A program made the translations under genes and the position numbers. A stretch of DNA of 63,980 bases, filler included. It is 6 parts of 6 records of this genome, joined end to end, with 100 filler letters (N's around TTAATTAATTAA, not from the genome) between each part and the next. Parts side by side here need not be neighbours in the genome. Positions count along the whole stretch, not along the records: positions 41,487 to 47,798 come from SRR20825010_2396; positions 47,899 to 60,796 come from SRR20825010_2399; 4 more parts are not named here. One strand, given 5' to 3'. The notes beneath the pieces were generated by a model, which saw nothing but the letters and a program-made list of their open reading frames with translations, was not told the DNA's origin and searched no databases. Positions 43,980-55,272 of this stretch are shown in pieces. Every line of letters starts with the position of its first letter. Within the stretch, counting starts at the first letter, position 1.

Positions 43980-44666
43980 CTATCGAATGATTTGAGTTTT
44001 CTTCTGAAGCGCCTTGACCAACATTGACAAGCTGAAGCAAATCGCCAGATAAACCAGGGCCACAAAGGTGTACATCTCAACCAGCGAACTGTCGCGCTGC
44101 GCAATTTTCGACGCGGCACCCAGGAAATCGGTTACAGACAATACGTACACCAGGGATGTGTCCTGGAACAAAATAATGGTTTGGGTCAACAAAACTGGCA
44201 GCATGTTGCGGAAGGCCTGCGGCAGAATGATCAACCACATGGACTGACGGTAATTCAAGCCCAAGGCTTGGGCCGCACTGACCTGTCCCCTTGAAATACT
44301 TTGAATACCTGCCCGCATGATCTCGCAGAAAAACGCCGCTTCAAACATGATGAAAGTGATGTACGCCGAGCGATCTGGACCCACCTGCGGTGGACGCTCA
44401 TAACCCATGACAGACTGAAGAACAACTGGCACCAGAAAGTAGAACCAGAAAATCACGAGAATCAGGGGAATGGAACGCATCAGGTTCACATAACCCGCGG
44501 CAATCATGGCCAAGGGTTTGATGCTCGACAAACGTGCCAACGCCAGCAGGGTGCCAAAGAAAATACCACCCAAACATGCCACAACAGTTAGTTTTGCGGT
44601 GTAACCCAAACCCTGCATCAGGTAGGGCAGCGACGTCATGATTGCGCTGAAGTCAAAATCGTTCAT
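43980..44666 (-). CDS. gltK: Glutamate/aspartate ABC permease
   Basis: 'MRSIPL', 'EIMRAGIQSI', 'LTQTIILFQDTSLV'. Confidence 0.9.
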   Translation of the reverse strand: MNDFDFSAIMTSLPYLMQGLGYTAKLTVVACLGGIFFGTLLALARLSSIKPLAMIAAGYVNLMRSIPLILVIFWFYFLVPVVLQSVMGYERPPQVGPDRSAYITFIMFEAAFFCEIMRAGIQSISRGQVSAAQALGLNYRQSMWLIILPQAFRNMLPVLLTQTIILFQDTSLVYVLSVTDFLGAASKIAQRDSSLVEMYTFVALVYLAICFSLSMLVKALQKKTQIIR

Positions 44667-45406
44667 TATTTGCCTCCCGCAATGAAACCAGGCACAGATG
44701 TGCGCCGTTCAATCAAGGCCATCACCCTGTTCACCGTCATCGCCACGATCACGTACAACACAGTGGCCGCAATGTAAGCCTCGAAAAAAGCAAAGGTTAC
44801 TTCACCCATTTCTCGGGTACGGAATGTCAATTCCGTCAAACCGATGGTCAAGGCCACAGACGTATTTTTAATCAGGTTCATCGCCTCCGATGTCATCGGA
44901 GGAACAATGATTCGATACGCCATGGGCAACAGCACGAAACGGTAAGTTTGTGGTTCACTCAGGCCCAATGCGTAACCCGCAGCACGTTGACCACGCGACA
45001 GGGACAAAATACCCGACTTCACTTGCTCGGCCACGCGTGACGCAGTGAACAAACCCAGACACACCACAGAAGCCAGAAACTGGACGAATGTCGGATCTTG
45101 TTCGATCGACCATTCTTTCAAGGCGGGGATAAATTCAGGCACCACAAAGTACCAGAGAAAAAACTGGACGATCAGTGGAATGTTACGAAAAATTTCTACA
45201 TACACATTGCCAAGCATGGCCAATGGTTTGCTGGATGCGGTGCGTAACACACCCATCAAGGAACCCACAGTGAAGGCTATTACACCCGCAACTGAGGCAG
45301 TGGCAAGGGTCCACAGCAGGCCGGAAAACAACATTTCCCACCACACCAGGGTTTCACCTTCCACGATCGGCTGGAAAAACAACAGCCAATTTAAGTCGCT
45401 ATTCAT
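44666..45406 (-). CDS. gltJ: Glutamate/aspartate ABC permease
   Basis: 'YVEIFRNIPLIVQFFLWYF', 'LLPMAYRIIVPPMTSE'; ATG 45406 after GGGAG. Confidence 0.9.
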   Translation of the reverse strand: MNSDLNWLLFFQPIVEGETLVWWEMLFSGLLWTLATASVAGVIAFTVGSLMGVLRTASSKPLAMLGNVYVEIFRNIPLIVQFFLWYFVVPEFIPALKEWSIEQDPTFVQFLASVVCLGLFTASRVAEQVKSGILSLSRGQRAAGYALGLSEPQTYRFVLLPMAYRIIVPPMTSEAMNLIKNTSVALTIGLTELTFRTREMGEVTFAFFEAYIAATVLYVIVAMTVNRVMALIERRTSVPGFIAGGK

Positions 45407-45502
45407 TTTGGATACTCCCGAGTCAGGATTCTCGGCCAATACAAGGAAAAGGCCGGCTTACGTGTGCAAACGCGCAGCCGGCCTGTGACTGACCAAGGCG
45501 TA

Positions 45503-46402
45503 TTATTTAACGCCCTTGTCGTTTGGATTTGCAAATGCTTCCTTCAATAGCGGAGACATCGGGAAATTCAGGTTCACGTTCTTCGGTGGAATGTTGCTCA
45601 TGAACCACTTGGTGTACAGCTTCTCTGCTTCACCAGACTTGATCATGCCATTGACGCTTTCGTCCAGCAGTGCTTTGAACTGGGGGTCATCCTTGCGCAA
45701 CATGATGCCGTAAGGTTCTGTGCGCAGAATTTCTGGCAGGAACATGAACTCATCGGGGTTCTTGCTTTGGGCAACCAAACCAGCGATCAGGATGTCGTCC
45801 ATCACGAAAGCTTTTGCACGGTCATTGGCCACCAACAGGAAGCTTTCAGCGTGGTCTTTGCCGTAAATTTCCTTGAAATTGATGTTCGCGCCTTTTTCGT
45901 TTTGCTTGATCAGCTGAACAGAGGTGGTACCGGATGTGGTGGCAATCGGTTGACCATCAAGGTCAGCCAGGTTTTTGATGCCGCTGCTTTTCTTCACAAC
46001 CACTTTAACGCTGGTAATAAAGGTGCTATTGGCAAAGGAAACCTGTTCCTGACGAGCCACGGAATTGGTGGTCGAACCACATTCCATGTCAACGGTGCCG
46101 TTTTGCAGCAAAGGAATACGGTTGGCGGAAGTTACGGGCTGCAACTCAACTTTCAGGTTGGGCATCTTCAGCTTGGCTTTCACCGCGTCAACAACCTTGT
46201 TACACATGTCCATGTGATAACCGATGGGCTTTTGATTGTTGTCCAGGTATGAAAATGGAACAGACGACTCACGGAACCCGACCACGATTGTTTTGGTGTC
46301 GGAGATTTTTTTCAAAGTACCCGTAAGATCTTGGGCAACTGCGGGCTGTACAGCGGCGACACTGGCCACGGCCAACGCTGCTGCGAATAGATTCCTTTTC
46401 AT
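45503..46402 (-). CDS. gltI: Glutamate/aspartate-binding periplasmic protein
   Basis: 'RESSVPFSY', 'VTSANRIPLLQNGTVDMECGSTTN', 'MDDILIAG'; ATG 46402 after AAGGAG. Confidence 0.93.
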   Translation of the reverse strand: MKRNLFAAALAVASVAAVQPAVAQDLTGTLKKISDTKTIVVGFRESSVPFSYLDNNQKPIGYHMDMCNKVVDAVKAKLKMPNLKVELQPVTSANRIPLLQNGTVDMECGSTTNSVARQEQVSFANSTFITSVKVVVKKSSGIKNLADLDGQPIATTSGTTSVQLIKQNEKGANINFKEIYGKDHAESFLLVANDRAKAFVMDDILIAGLVAQSKNPDEFMFLPEILRTEPYGIMLRKDDPQFKALLDESVNGMIKSGEAEKLYTKWFMSNIPPKNVNLNFPMSPLLKEAFANPNDKGVK

Positions 46403-46478
46403 TTTTGCTCCTTGAATGAAAAAAATTAAGCACAAACTGTGCGCACACCCTCCGAAACGCAAACAACGCGCAGCGGTA

Positions 46479-47798
46479 TTAGAGTTTTATTCTCCGAGGA
46501 CGGGTGAGAACCTCGGGCCTGAGGATTTCATTCAACTGCTGCTCTGACAGTAAGCCTTTTTCGAGAACCAGATCAGAAACTTTCCGACCGGTTTTCAATG
46601 CAGTTTTTGCAATCTCAGATGCTTGATCATAGCCTATGTAGGGGTTGAGTGATGTGGCCAAACTGGCCGATTCCTCGACCCTTTGACGCAAAAGTGACTC
46701 ATTTGCGGTAATCCCTAATACGCAATTCTTGCTCAGGGTTTTGCACGCAGCAGTCAGGTGGTAAATGCTTTTGAAAAGACTCCATGCAATGATGGGCTCA
46801 AAGGCATTCAATTGCAGCTGACCGGCTTCGGCCGCCATGGTCACAGTGACATCGTTGCCGATCACCTCGAACGCCACCTGGTTCACCACTTCCGGAATGA
46901 CGGGGTTGACCTTGCCTGGCATGATGGAAGATCCAGCTGCGCGCGGTGGCAGATTGATTTCATTCAGGCCGGCTTGCGGGCCTGACGACAGCAAACGCAA
47001 GTCGTTGCACATTTTGGAAAGCTTGACCGCCACACGCTTGAGCACACCGGAAAGCTGCACGAACGAACCTGTGTCTTGCGTGGCTTCCACCAAATCAGCG
47101 GCGGTGACCAAACCCAGTTGTGTAATTTCTTCCAGGTAATGGCGTGCGCGCGCTGCGTATTCCGGGTCGGTATTGATACCTGTGCCAATGGCTGTGGCGC
47201 CTAGGTTGATTTCGGATATCAGGCTGGTGGCTTCGCGCAAGCGGGCCATGTCTTCACCCAGCATCACTGAAAATGTGGCGAATTCCTGCCCCAGGGTCAT
47301 GGGCACGGCATCTTGCAACTGGGTGCGACCGATCTTCAATATTTTCCGGAACTCGAAGGCTTTTTCGCCAAAGGCCTCTTTCAGGTCTTCCATGGCAATC
47401 AGCAGCCCCGAAATGGCGTTGATCAAACCAATTTTCACGGCGGTGGGATAAACATCATTGGTGCTTTGCGAGGCATTCACATGCTCGATGGGATGCACCA
47501 TTTTGTAATCGCCTTTTTTGCCGCCCATAATTTCAATGGCACGGTTGGCAATTACCTCGTTGGCATTCATGTTGGTGGACGTACCCGCACCGCCTTGAAT
47601 GACATCGACCACAAACTGATCGTGCAACTTGCCAGTGCGAATTTCTTTGCAGGCTTGGGTAATGGCTTTTGCCAGTTCGGGAGAAACCGTGTCCAGGTCA
47701 GCATTGGCCTTGGTTGCCGCCCACTTGACGGCGGCAAGGGCATTGATCAGCTCGGGCGCATGGTAGAGAGGAAACCCGGTGATTTGGTAATTGTCCAG
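46479..47798 (-). CDS. aspA: Aspartate ammonia-lyase, 5'-truncated
   Basis: 'QGGAGTSTNMNANE', 'GSSIMPGKVNPVIPE', 'AEAGQLQLN'. Confidence 0.93.
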   Translation of the reverse strand: MDNYQITGFPLYHAPELINALAAVKWAATKANADLDTVSPELAKAITQACKEIRTGKLHDQFVVDVIQGGAGTSTNMNANEVIANRAIEIMGGKKGDYKMVHPIEHVNASQSTNDVYPTAVKIGLINAISGLLIAMEDLKEAFGEKAFEFRKILKIGRTQLQDAVPMTLGQEFATFSVMLGEDMARLREATSLISEINLGATAIGTGINTDPEYAARARHYLEEITQLGLVTAADLVEATQDTGSFVQLSGVLKRVAVKLSKMCNDLRLLSSGPQAGLNEINLPPRAAGSSIMPGKVNPVIPEVVNQVAFEVIGNDVTVTMAAEAGQLQLNAFEPIIAWSLFKSIYHLTAACKTLSKNCVLGITANESLLRQRVEESASLATSLNPYIGYDQASEIAKTALKTGRKVSDLVLEKGLLSEQQLNEILRPEVLTRPRRIKL

Positions 47799-47898
47799 NN
47801 NNNNNNNNNNNNNNNNNNNNNNNNNNNNNNNNNNNNNNNNNNTTAATTAATTAANNNNNNNNNNNNNNNNNNNNNNNNNNNNNNNNNNNNNNNNNNNN
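47799..47898. other. Artificial contig linker
   Basis: N run with TTAATTAATTAA. Confidence 0.99.
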
Positions 47899-47901
47899 CA
47901 A

Positions 47902-48023
47902 GAAAACCTGCCCGTTTGAATTCACACGTCGCGTTCAGCCAAAGGCTGACAATCCGATCGACCATCTGTTTTGTCGAACGGATTGAGCCAGTGTGAACTT
48001 CAAAAAGGGATGTACAGGTTTTC
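47902..48023. ncRNA. Structured non-coding element (long stem topped by a three-way junction), possibly truncated by the contig start
   Basis: GAAAACCTG/CAGGTTTTC, TTTGAA/TTCAAA, TTCACAC/GTGTGAA, TCAGCC/GGCTGA, CAATCCG/CGGATTG, TCGAC/GTCGA. Confidence 0.5.
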
Positions 48024-48094
48024 AGGGGAATGATTGGGATTCGCGCCGAGCGGGAGGTTGAATAAAAACGGACAAATCACCGAACTCGCACTTT

Positions 48095-49075
48095 CTAAAC
48101 CATCGCGTGTTTTGCCATCTTCGCCAGCGCGTCTTCAACAACCTGCCAACTGTTGGCTTTCAACAGGGTTGAATCGGACAGCACTTGCCGGTAAAGCCGC
48201 CCACCAGGCTGCCCGTGAAACAAACCCAACCACGATTTTGTGATGTTGCGAATCGATTCGCCTTTGGCCAATTCCTGATCGGCATAAGCACGCAACTCGT
48301 CGATTACATCAAAGCGGGTTTTCAAACTTGTCGGTTTACCAACAAGCGCATCGAACCCTGCCATCAGCCAAGGGTTGGAATAGGCTTCGCGGCCAATCAT
48401 GCAGCCATCTGCCCACTGCAAATGGCTTTGAATTTCTTCAATGGTTTTAATGCCACCATTCAAGATGAATTGAAGATGCGGGAAGTGTTGCTTCAAGCGC
48501 TTCACCACCTCATAACGCAGAGGGGGAATATCGCGGTTTTCTTTCGGTGACAGCCCCTTCAACACTGCATTGCGGGCATGCACAATAAAGGTTTGGCAGC
48601 CTGCTTCGCTAACCTTGCCGACAAATTCATACAGCATGGTTTCGCTTTCATCGTAATCAAGCCCAATTCGGTGCTTGACAGTCACATCGATTGAGCAAGC
48701 ATCCCGCATGGCTTTCACGCAATCGGCAACCAGATCAGGTTCCGCCATCAGGCAGGCACCAAACGCGCCTTTTTGTACGCGTTCCGAAGGGCAGCCCACA
48801 TTCAGGTTTAATTCATCGTAGCCGGCGGCTTCAATCCATTTTGCACAGGCTGCAAGATGTTCCGGGTCGCTGCCGCCAATTTGAAAAGCAAGCGGATGCT
48901 CTTCTTCATTGAAAGCCAGAAAACGTTTCCTGTCGCCAAACACCAGCGCACCGGTGGTAATCATCTCGGTGTACAGCCAGGTGTGCTGGCTAATGGCGCG
49001 ATGAAACCTGCGGCAATGCCGGTCGGTCCAGTCGATCATTGGGGCAACAGATAGAGTTCTGGATTTGAATGTCAT
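48095..49075 (-). CDS. dusA: tRNA dihydrouridine(20/20a) synthase
   Basis: 'VAPMIDWTDRHCR', 'NLNVGCPSERVQKGAFGACLM', 'GLSPKENRDIPPL'. Confidence 0.95.
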   Translation of the reverse strand: MTFKSRTLSVAPMIDWTDRHCRRFHRAISQHTWLYTEMITTGALVFGDRKRFLAFNEEEHPLAFQIGGSDPEHLAACAKWIEAAGYDELNLNVGCPSERVQKGAFGACLMAEPDLVADCVKAMRDACSIDVTVKHRIGLDYDESETMLYEFVGKVSEAGCQTFIVHARNAVLKGLSPKENRDIPPLRYEVVKRLKQHFPHLQFILNGGIKTIEEIQSHLQWADGCMIGREAYSNPWLMAGFDALVGKPTSLKTRFDVIDELRAYADQELAKGESIRNITKSWLGLFHGQPGGRLYRQVLSDSTLLKANSWQVVEDALAKMAKHAMV

Positions 49076-49093
49076 AATTTGAATTTTACAAAC

Positions 49094-49127
49094 AAAAAAA
49101 GGGCGAAGCCAAAGCCACGCCCCTTTT
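49094..49127 (-). terminator. Terminator after typA
   Basis: GGGCG...CGCCC stem with a U tract on the minus strand. Confidence 0.65.
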
Positions 49128-49147
49128 GCAATGCAGCCAAATGCAGC

Positions 49148-50968
49148 TTACGCTGCGTCGCGGCTTGCGCGCTTGCGCTCGTGTTCCTTCAGGAAACGCT
49201 TGCGAATGCGAATATTCTTCGGTGTAATTTCCACCAATTCGTCTTCTGCAATGAATTCCACTGCGTATTCCAGGTTCATCTGGATGGGAGGCACCAGGCG
49301 AACGGCTTCATCCGTACCGGAAGAACGAACGTTGGTCAGCTGCTTGCCCTTGATGGGGTTAACAACCAAATCGTTGTCGCGGCTGTGAATACCGATCACC
49401 ATGCCTTCGTACAGGGCTTCACCGGGAGACACGAACATGCGGCCACGGTCTTGCAGTTTCCACAAGGCATAGGCCACTGCATCGCCATCGTCCTGGGAAA
49501 TCAGCACACCGTTGTGACGCTCGGCAGAACCGCCGTCGCGAACCGGGGCATATTCGTCAAACACATGGCTGATCAAACCGGTACCGCGTGTCAGGGTCAT
49601 GAAATCGCCCTGAAAACCAATCAAGCCACGGGCTGGAATTTTGTATTCCAGACGAACGCGACCTTTGCCATCAGGCGACATATCCAGCAAGTCACCTTTG
49701 CGACGGCCCAGTTCTTCCATCACGCCACCCTGGTGTGAATCTTCCACATCCACGGTCAGCATTTCGTAAGGCTCGCACTTCACGCCGTCTATTTCCTTGA
49801 ACACAACGCGTGGGCGCGAAACAGCCAACTCATAGCCTTCACGGCGCATGTTTTCCAGCAAAATGGTCAGGTGCAATTCACCGCGACCTGAAACCTCAAA
49901 GATGGTGTCGTCGTCGGTGTCTTTTACGCGCAAGGCCACGTTGGCTTTCAATTCACGCTGCAAACGGTCACGCAACTGGCGGCTGGTTACAAACTTGCCT
50001 TCGCGGCCAGCCAATGGCGATGTATTTACCATGAAGTTCATGGTCAATGTGGGCTCATCAATCGCCGGAATTTCCAGACCTTCCACTGCGTCAGTTGCGC
50101 AAATGGTGGTGCCAATGCCAATTTCTTCAATGCCGTTGATCAGGCAAATGTCGCCAGCCTGCGCTTGCTCTTCCTGAACACGCTCCAGGCCACGGAATTT
50201 CAACACCTGGTTAATGCGACCGTTGAACGGTGTGCCGTCCGGGCCATTGATGCAGGTCACCTGCTGACCAACACGCACGGTGCCGCGCTTGATACGGCCA
50301 ATGCCGATCTTGCCCACGTAGCTGTTGTAGTCCAGTGATGTGATCTGGAACTGCAAGGGGCCGTTCGGGTCATCATCACGCACGGGCACGTACTTCAAAA
50401 TGGCTTCAAACAAGGGGCGCATGGTGCCTTCGCGCACATCCGGTGTTTCACCAGCGTAGCCGTTCAGGCCAGACGCATAAACAATCGGGAAATCCAGCTG
50501 TTCATCGGTTGCACCCAACTTGTCGAACAAGTCGAAAGTTTGATCAATAACCCATTCAACGCGCGCACCGGGGCGGTCTACCTTGTTGACCACCACAATG
50601 GGCTTCAAACCCAGGGCCAGCGCCTTGCGTGTTACGAAACGAGTCTGGGGCATTGGGCCCTCAACTGCGTCTACCAGCAACAGCACGGAATCAACCATCG
50701 ACAAAACACGTTCCACTTCACCGCCGAAGTCGGCGTGTCCTGGGGTATCAACGATGTTGATGTGGGTGCCTTCATATTCAACCGCGCAATTCTTGGCAAG
50801 AATCGTGATGCCACGTTCTTTTTCAATGTCGTTGCTGTCCATCACGCGTTCTTCGAGTTTTTCATTCTCGCGGAAGGTGCCAGACTGGCGAAGTAGTTGG
50901 TCAACCAGCGTGGTTTTACCGTGGTCCACGTGGGCGATAATTGCAACGTTACGTAATGCGCGTGTCAT
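49148..50968 (-). CDS. typA: Translational GTPase TypA/BipA
   Basis: '[10 protein letters not shown]', '[10 protein letters not shown]', 'GRGELHL'. Confidence 0.98.
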   Translation of the reverse strand: MTRALRNVAIIAHVDHGKTTLVDQLLRQSGTFRENEKLEERVMDSNDIEKERGITILAKNCAVEYEGTHINIVDTPGHADFGGEVERVLSMVDSVLLLVDAVEGPMPQTRFVTRKALALGLKPIVVVNKVDRPGARVEWVIDQTFDLFDKLGATDEQLDFPIVYASGLNGYAGETPDVREGTMRPLFEAILKYVPVRDDDPNGPLQFQITSLDYNSYVGKIGIGRIKRGTVRVGQQVTCINGPDGTPFNGRINQVLKFRGLERVQEEQAQAGDICLINGIEEIGIGTTICATDAVEGLEIPAIDEPTLTMNFMVNTSPLAGREGKFVTSRQLRDRLQRELKANVALRVKDTDDDTIFEVSGRGELHLTILLENMRREGYELAVSRPRVVFKEIDGVKCEPYEMLTVDVEDSHQGGVMEELGRRKGDLLDMSPDGKGRVRLEYKIPARGLIGFQGDFMTLTRGTGLISHVFDEYAPVRDGGSAERHNGVLISQDDGDAVAYALWKLQDRGRMFVSPGEALYEGMVIGIHSRDNDLVVNPIKGKQLTNVRSSGTDEAVRLVPPIQMNLEYAVEFIAEDELVEITPKNIRIRKRFLKEHERKRASRDAA

Positions 50969-51990
50969 AGATTTACCTGAATCAATCTGTCGGGTCGAAG
51001 CAAGGCGCCCTTCCCATCCGTTTCTAAAATGCCTGTTCCCATGAATAGGGAATTGCCTTTGAAGGCCGTATTATTTACATCGGTGCTCACATCCTGCGCG
51101 GGGGCTTCTCCGTACACCCGCACTCGCCCTGGTTTGGCATCCGCCAATTCCAGTGGCAACCGTTGCCCGTGCGAAAAACGCCGCGCAAACTCATTGTTCA
51201 ATTCAACTTTGCCCAGGCTGCCCAACAGGGCATCAACCGGGAAAAGCGCTGCATCCAAAGCCTCAAATGGATTTTCCGATTCACCTAGCACTTTGAGTGC
51301 ATCCAGGGTGTATGCGCGTTCCACTTTCAAGTCACCAATTGCAGTTCGTCGCAACTTGGTGAGGTAACCCGCCGTGCCCAAGGCCTTGGCGATGTCTTCG
51401 CCCAAGGTGCGCACGTAGGTGCCTTTGCTGCAATTTACGTCCAGTTCAATGGTGCAACTACGTTCACCATTAACATCATTGTGCTCCAGCTTGATGACAT
51501 CCAATTGATGGATCAAGATGGTTCGGGCTGCTCTGTCCAATTCAATGCCTTCGCGAGCATACTCGTACAAAGGCTTCCCGTCTTTCTTTAATGCAGAAAA
51601 CATCGGTGGGATCTGTTGAATTTCACCAACAAACTGCGCGCACACCTGTTTCACCTCTTCATCGGTAATGCTTTCAAGGGCGCGCTTACTGACTTGCGTC
51701 AAATCGCCCTCGGCATCGCCGGTGCTGCTGGCATAACCCAACCTGATGGTGGTTCGGTAGGTTTTGCTGGCATCGATCAAATCGGCCGCAAACTTGGTGG
51801 CCTCGCCAAACATCAGCGGCAACAAGCCACTGGCCAAGGGGTCAAGCGTGCCCGTGTGGCCGGTTTTTTCCGCACGGTACAGACGTTTCACGATCTGCAA
51901 AGCCTGATTGGATGAAAACCCCATTGATTTGTCGAATAACAGCACGCCCGACAAAGACCGTTTCTGGTTTTTAATCGCCACCACCGTCAC
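50965..51990 (-). CDS. truB: tRNA pseudouridine(55) synthase
   Basis: '[12 protein letters not shown]', 'PPMFSALK', 'CSKGTYVR'. Confidence 0.97.
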   Translation of the reverse strand: MTVVAIKNQKRSLSGVLLFDKSMGFSSNQALQIVKRLYRAEKTGHTGTLDPLASGLLPLMFGEATKFAADLIDASKTYRTTIRLGYASSTGDAEGDLTQVSKRALESITDEEVKQVCAQFVGEIQQIPPMFSALKKDGKPLYEYAREGIELDRAARTILIHQLDVIKLEHNDVNGERSCTIELDVNCSKGTYVRTLGEDIAKALGTAGYLTKLRRTAIGDLKVERAYTLDALKVLGESENPFEALDAALFPVDALLGSLGKVELNNEFARRFSHGQRLPLELADAKPGRVRVYGEAPAQDVSTDVNNTAFKGNSLFMGTGILETDGKGALLRPDRLIQVNL

Positions 51991-52345
51991 CCTCGCCCTT
52001 TAAGGCGCGGTCAATGATCTGGGACATTTCAGCCCCACGTTCCACAGATTGGTCATGCTTGAACCGCAAAGTGGGCACAGTGTGAATGTGCAATTTCTTG
52101 AAAATCAAGTTGCGCAAATAACCCGACGAATCGTTCAAAGCTTCTTCGGTTGTTTCGGCTGAGCCGGTCAACACCGAAAAATAAACGGTCGCATAAGCGT
52201 AGTCGGGTGTCAATTCCACATCGGTGATCGTGACAAAACCTAGCCGTGGGTCTCGCAACTCACGGGGGATCAGCTCAGCCAGGTCTTTCTGGATTTGCTC
52301 GGCAACCCGAATGCCTCTGGCTGGTGCTTTTTTCTTGTGACGCAT
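51971..52345 (-). CDS. rbfA: Ribosome-binding factor A
   Basis: 'RVAEQIQKDL', 'RDPRLG', 'VPTLRF'; lies between infB and truB. Confidence 0.95.
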   Translation of the reverse strand: MRHKKKAPARGIRVAEQIQKDLAELIPRELRDPRLGFVTITDVELTPDYAYATVYFSVLTGSAETTEEALNDSSGYLRNLIFKKLHIHTVPTLRFKHDQSVERGAEMSQIIDRALKGEGDGGGD

Positions 52346-52378
52346 ACTTTCCTTTTCAAACCCCACGCTGCAATTGAA

Positions 52379-55198
52379 TTACAGCGTACGGGCCACTTCC
52401 TTCACTTCAAATGCTTCCAGGATGTCGCCAACCTGAATGTCGTCGTAATTGTGCAGCTGCAAGCCACATTCAAAGTTTTGACGCACTTCTTTGGCGTCGT
52501 CTTTGAAGCGTTTGAGCGAGGCCAGTTGACCTGACCACACCACCACGTTGTCACGCAGCAAACGAATACCGGCACCACGACGAATAACACCATCGGTGAC
52601 CATACAACCCGCAACAGAACCCACTTTGGAGATTTTGTATACTTCGCGGATTTCAACGTTGCCGATGATTTCCTCTTTCTTGTCAGGCGTCAGCATGCCG
52701 GTCATGGCTGCCTTGATTTCGTCTACGGCATCGTAAATGATGTTGTAGTAGCGAATGTCCACGCCATTGTTCTCGGCGGTTTTGCGGGCGCCCTGGTCGG
52801 CACGCACGTTAAAGCCGATGATCACGGCCTTGGAGGCTACGGCCAAGTTCACATCCGATTCACTGATACCACCCACAGCGGCGTGTACAACCTGTACTTT
52901 CACTTCGTCGGTCGACAACTTCTGCAAAGCATGCGACAAAGCTTCTTGTGAACCCTGTACATCTGCTTTCAGAATAACCGGCAGGTGCTTGACCTCGCCC
53001 TCGGCCATTTGTTCGAACATGTTTTCAAGCTTGGCAGCCTGTTGTCTTGCCAGCTTCACGTCGCGGAACTTGCCTTGACGGAACAATGCGATTTCACGGG
53101 CCTTGCGTTCATCTGGCAACACAATTACTTCTTCACCAGCGGCGGGTACGTCGCTCAAACCCTGAATTTCAACAGGAATTGATGGGCCAGCTGAGTCGAT
53201 GGAGCGACCGGTTTCGTCCACCATGGCACGTACACGGCCAAATGCTGAACCCGCCAGTACCACATCACCTTTCTTCAAAGTACCACTTTGTACCAGCACG
53301 GTGGCAACGGGGCCACGGCCCTTGTCCAGGCGGGATTCAACCACCAGGCCTTTGGCTGGCGCATCAATTTGCGCTTTCAATTCCATGACTTCGGCCTGCA
53401 ACAACACCTGTTCCAGCAAGTCGTCAATGCCTTTACCAGTTTTGGCAGACACGGGCACCATGGGTGAATCGCCACCGTATTCTTCCGGCACCACGGAATG
53501 TGAAATCAATTCCTGTTTCACACGGTCGGGGTTGGCTTCAGGTTTGTCAATTTTGTTGATTGCAACCACCAGGGGTACATTGGCTGCCTTGGCATGGTGA
53601 ATCGCTTCAATTGTTTGTGGCATCACGCCATCATCGGCGGACACTACAAGAATAACGATGTCAGTTGCCTTGGCACCGCGGGCACGCATGGCGGTAAACG
53701 CCTCGTGGCCCGGTGTATCCAGGAAGGTAATCATGCCGCGCTCGGTTTGTACGTGGTACGCGCCGATGTGCTGGGTAATGCCGCCGGCTTCGCCAGACGC
53801 CACTTTCGCACTGCGGATGTAATCCAGCAAAGACGTTTTACCATGGTCAACGTGGCCCATCACGGTGACCACTGGCGCACGGGGCACTGCAGGCGCTTCG
53901 GACAGTACAACACCTGCTTGCTCGATCATGGCTTCGGGATCATCAAGCTTGGCAGCAATCGCCTTGTGACCCAGTTCTTCGGTCACGATCATTGCGGTGT
54001 CTTGGTCCAGAACCTGGTTGATGGTGACCATTTGGCCCATCTTCATCAGGCACTTGATAACTTCAGCAGCTTTCACGGACATTTTGTGCGCCAATTCAGC
54101 CACAGTAATGGTTTCAGGCACATGCACGTCACGAACCACAGGCTCAGTGGGCTGGTTGAAATTGCTTTGTTCATGGCTGTGGCGGCTGTTTTTGCCCTTG
54201 GGGCCTTTCCAGCCACCTGCGCCAGTGCGGCCCAAACCTGTTTCACCACGGGTTTTCAATCCACCACGGCGACGGCCTGGTTCATCTTTCGCGCCTACTA
54301 CGGCACGAACGCCTTTGCGACCGCGTTCTGCCGCCTCTTCTTCAGCGGGTGTGGCCAATTTTTCGGGTTTTTTGAGGACGGCTTTCGGCGGTTCAACAGG
54401 CTCTTCTGCCTTCATGACCTTGGAAGGCTGAGACATCATTCTGTTGATCGCGGCCACCTCGGCTTCCGCAACCTTGCGGGCACGCTCCTGATTGGCGCTA
54501 GCCTTGGCAGCGTCTTCAGCAGCCTTCTTGGCTTTTTGTTCAGCTTTCAACGCATCGGCTGCACGCTGTTCGCGGGCCTTTGTTTCTTCGGCGCGGGCGG
54601 CTTTCGCTGCTTCGTCTTTGGAATCGGTTTCTTCATCGGCTTTCGACGGCGCGGCACTTTCGGCTTTGGCCTGCTCAACAGCTTCATGCGCCAAGCGTTC
54701 TTCTTCAGCGCGCTGGCGGGCTTCTTCCTGAAGCTTCAGCTCACGCTCACGCTCCTGCTCCAGCTTGGCCTGCTTTTCTTTCAGCTCAGCTTCCTGGCGG
54801 GTTTTCAGCTCAACCTGGCGCTGTGCTTCCGCATCACGGCGGGCCTGCTCAGCTGGCTCAAGCTGGGCTTCCATCACGGGTTCGCTTTCGCCTGCTTTCT
54901 CGGCACGCTGAACAAACACACGCTTCTTGCGCACTTCAACCTGAACGGTGCGCGCACGCCCACCGGGGCCTGCCTGCTTGATTTCGCTGGTCTGCTTGCG
55001 GGTGAGGGTAATTTTCTTTTGACCACTTTCAGATCCGTGTGCCTTGCGCAGGCTTTCCAAAAGCTTTCCCTTGTCCGCTTCAGTAACTGCATCTGCCTCA
55101 GAAGTTTTGCTTACGCCAGCAGACTTCAACTGCTCCAAAAGTACATCGGCGGGCATTTTCAACTCTGCTGCAAACTGTGCGACTGTGGTACTGGTCAT
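52379..55198 (-). CDS. infB: Translation initiation factor IF-2
   Basis: '[13 protein letters not shown]', '[12 protein letters not shown]', 'DTPGHEAF'. Confidence 0.98.
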   Translation of the reverse strand: MTSTTVAQFAAELKMPADVLLEQLKSAGVSKTSEADAVTEADKGKLLESLRKAHGSESGQKKITLTRKQTSEIKQAGPGGRARTVQVEVRKKRVFVQRAEKAGESEPVMEAQLEPAEQARRDAEAQRQVELKTRQEAELKEKQAKLEQERERELKLQEEARQRAEEERLAHEAVEQAKAESAAPSKADEETDSKDEAAKAARAEETKAREQRAADALKAEQKAKKAAEDAAKASANQERARKVAEAEVAAINRMMSQPSKVMKAEEPVEPPKAVLKKPEKLATPAEEEAAERGRKGVRAVVGAKDEPGRRRGGLKTRGETGLGRTGAGGWKGPKGKNSRHSHEQSNFNQPTEPVVRDVHVPETITVAELAHKMSVKAAEVIKCLMKMGQMVTINQVLDQDTAMIVTEELGHKAIAAKLDDPEAMIEQAGVVLSEAPAVPRAPVVTVMGHVDHGKTSLLDYIRSAKVASGEAGGITQHIGAYHVQTERGMITFLDTPGHEAFTAMRARGAKATDIVILVVSADDGVMPQTIEAIHHAKAANVPLVVAINKIDKPEANPDRVKQELISHSVVPEEYGGDSPMVPVSAKTGKGIDDLLEQVLLQAEVMELKAQIDAPAKGLVVESRLDKGRGPVATVLVQSGTLKKGDVVLAGSAFGRVRAMVDETGRSIDSAGPSIPVEIQGLSDVPAAGEEVIVLPDERKAREIALFRQGKFRDVKLARQQAAKLENMFEQMAEGEVKHLPVILKADVQGSQEALSHALQKLSTDEVKVQVVHAAVGGISESDVNLAVASKAVIIGFNVRADQGARKTAENNGVDIRYYNIIYDAVDEIKAAMTGMLTPDKKEEIIGNVEIREVYKISKVGSVAGCMVTDGVIRRGAGIRLLRDNVVVWSGQLASLKRFKDDAKEVRQNFECGLQLHNYDDIQVGDILEAFEVKEVARTL

Positions 55199-55272
55199 CT
55201 ACTATTCCTTCAAATTCCCTTGCTGACCGGGCCACGTGGCCCGATTCGACTCAACTCAATCTGGCTCGAACT

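Noticed and set aside
48095-49075. dusA as a possible genomic-island integration site
   Set aside because: The gene is intact and directly follows typA; no integrase or att duplication seen
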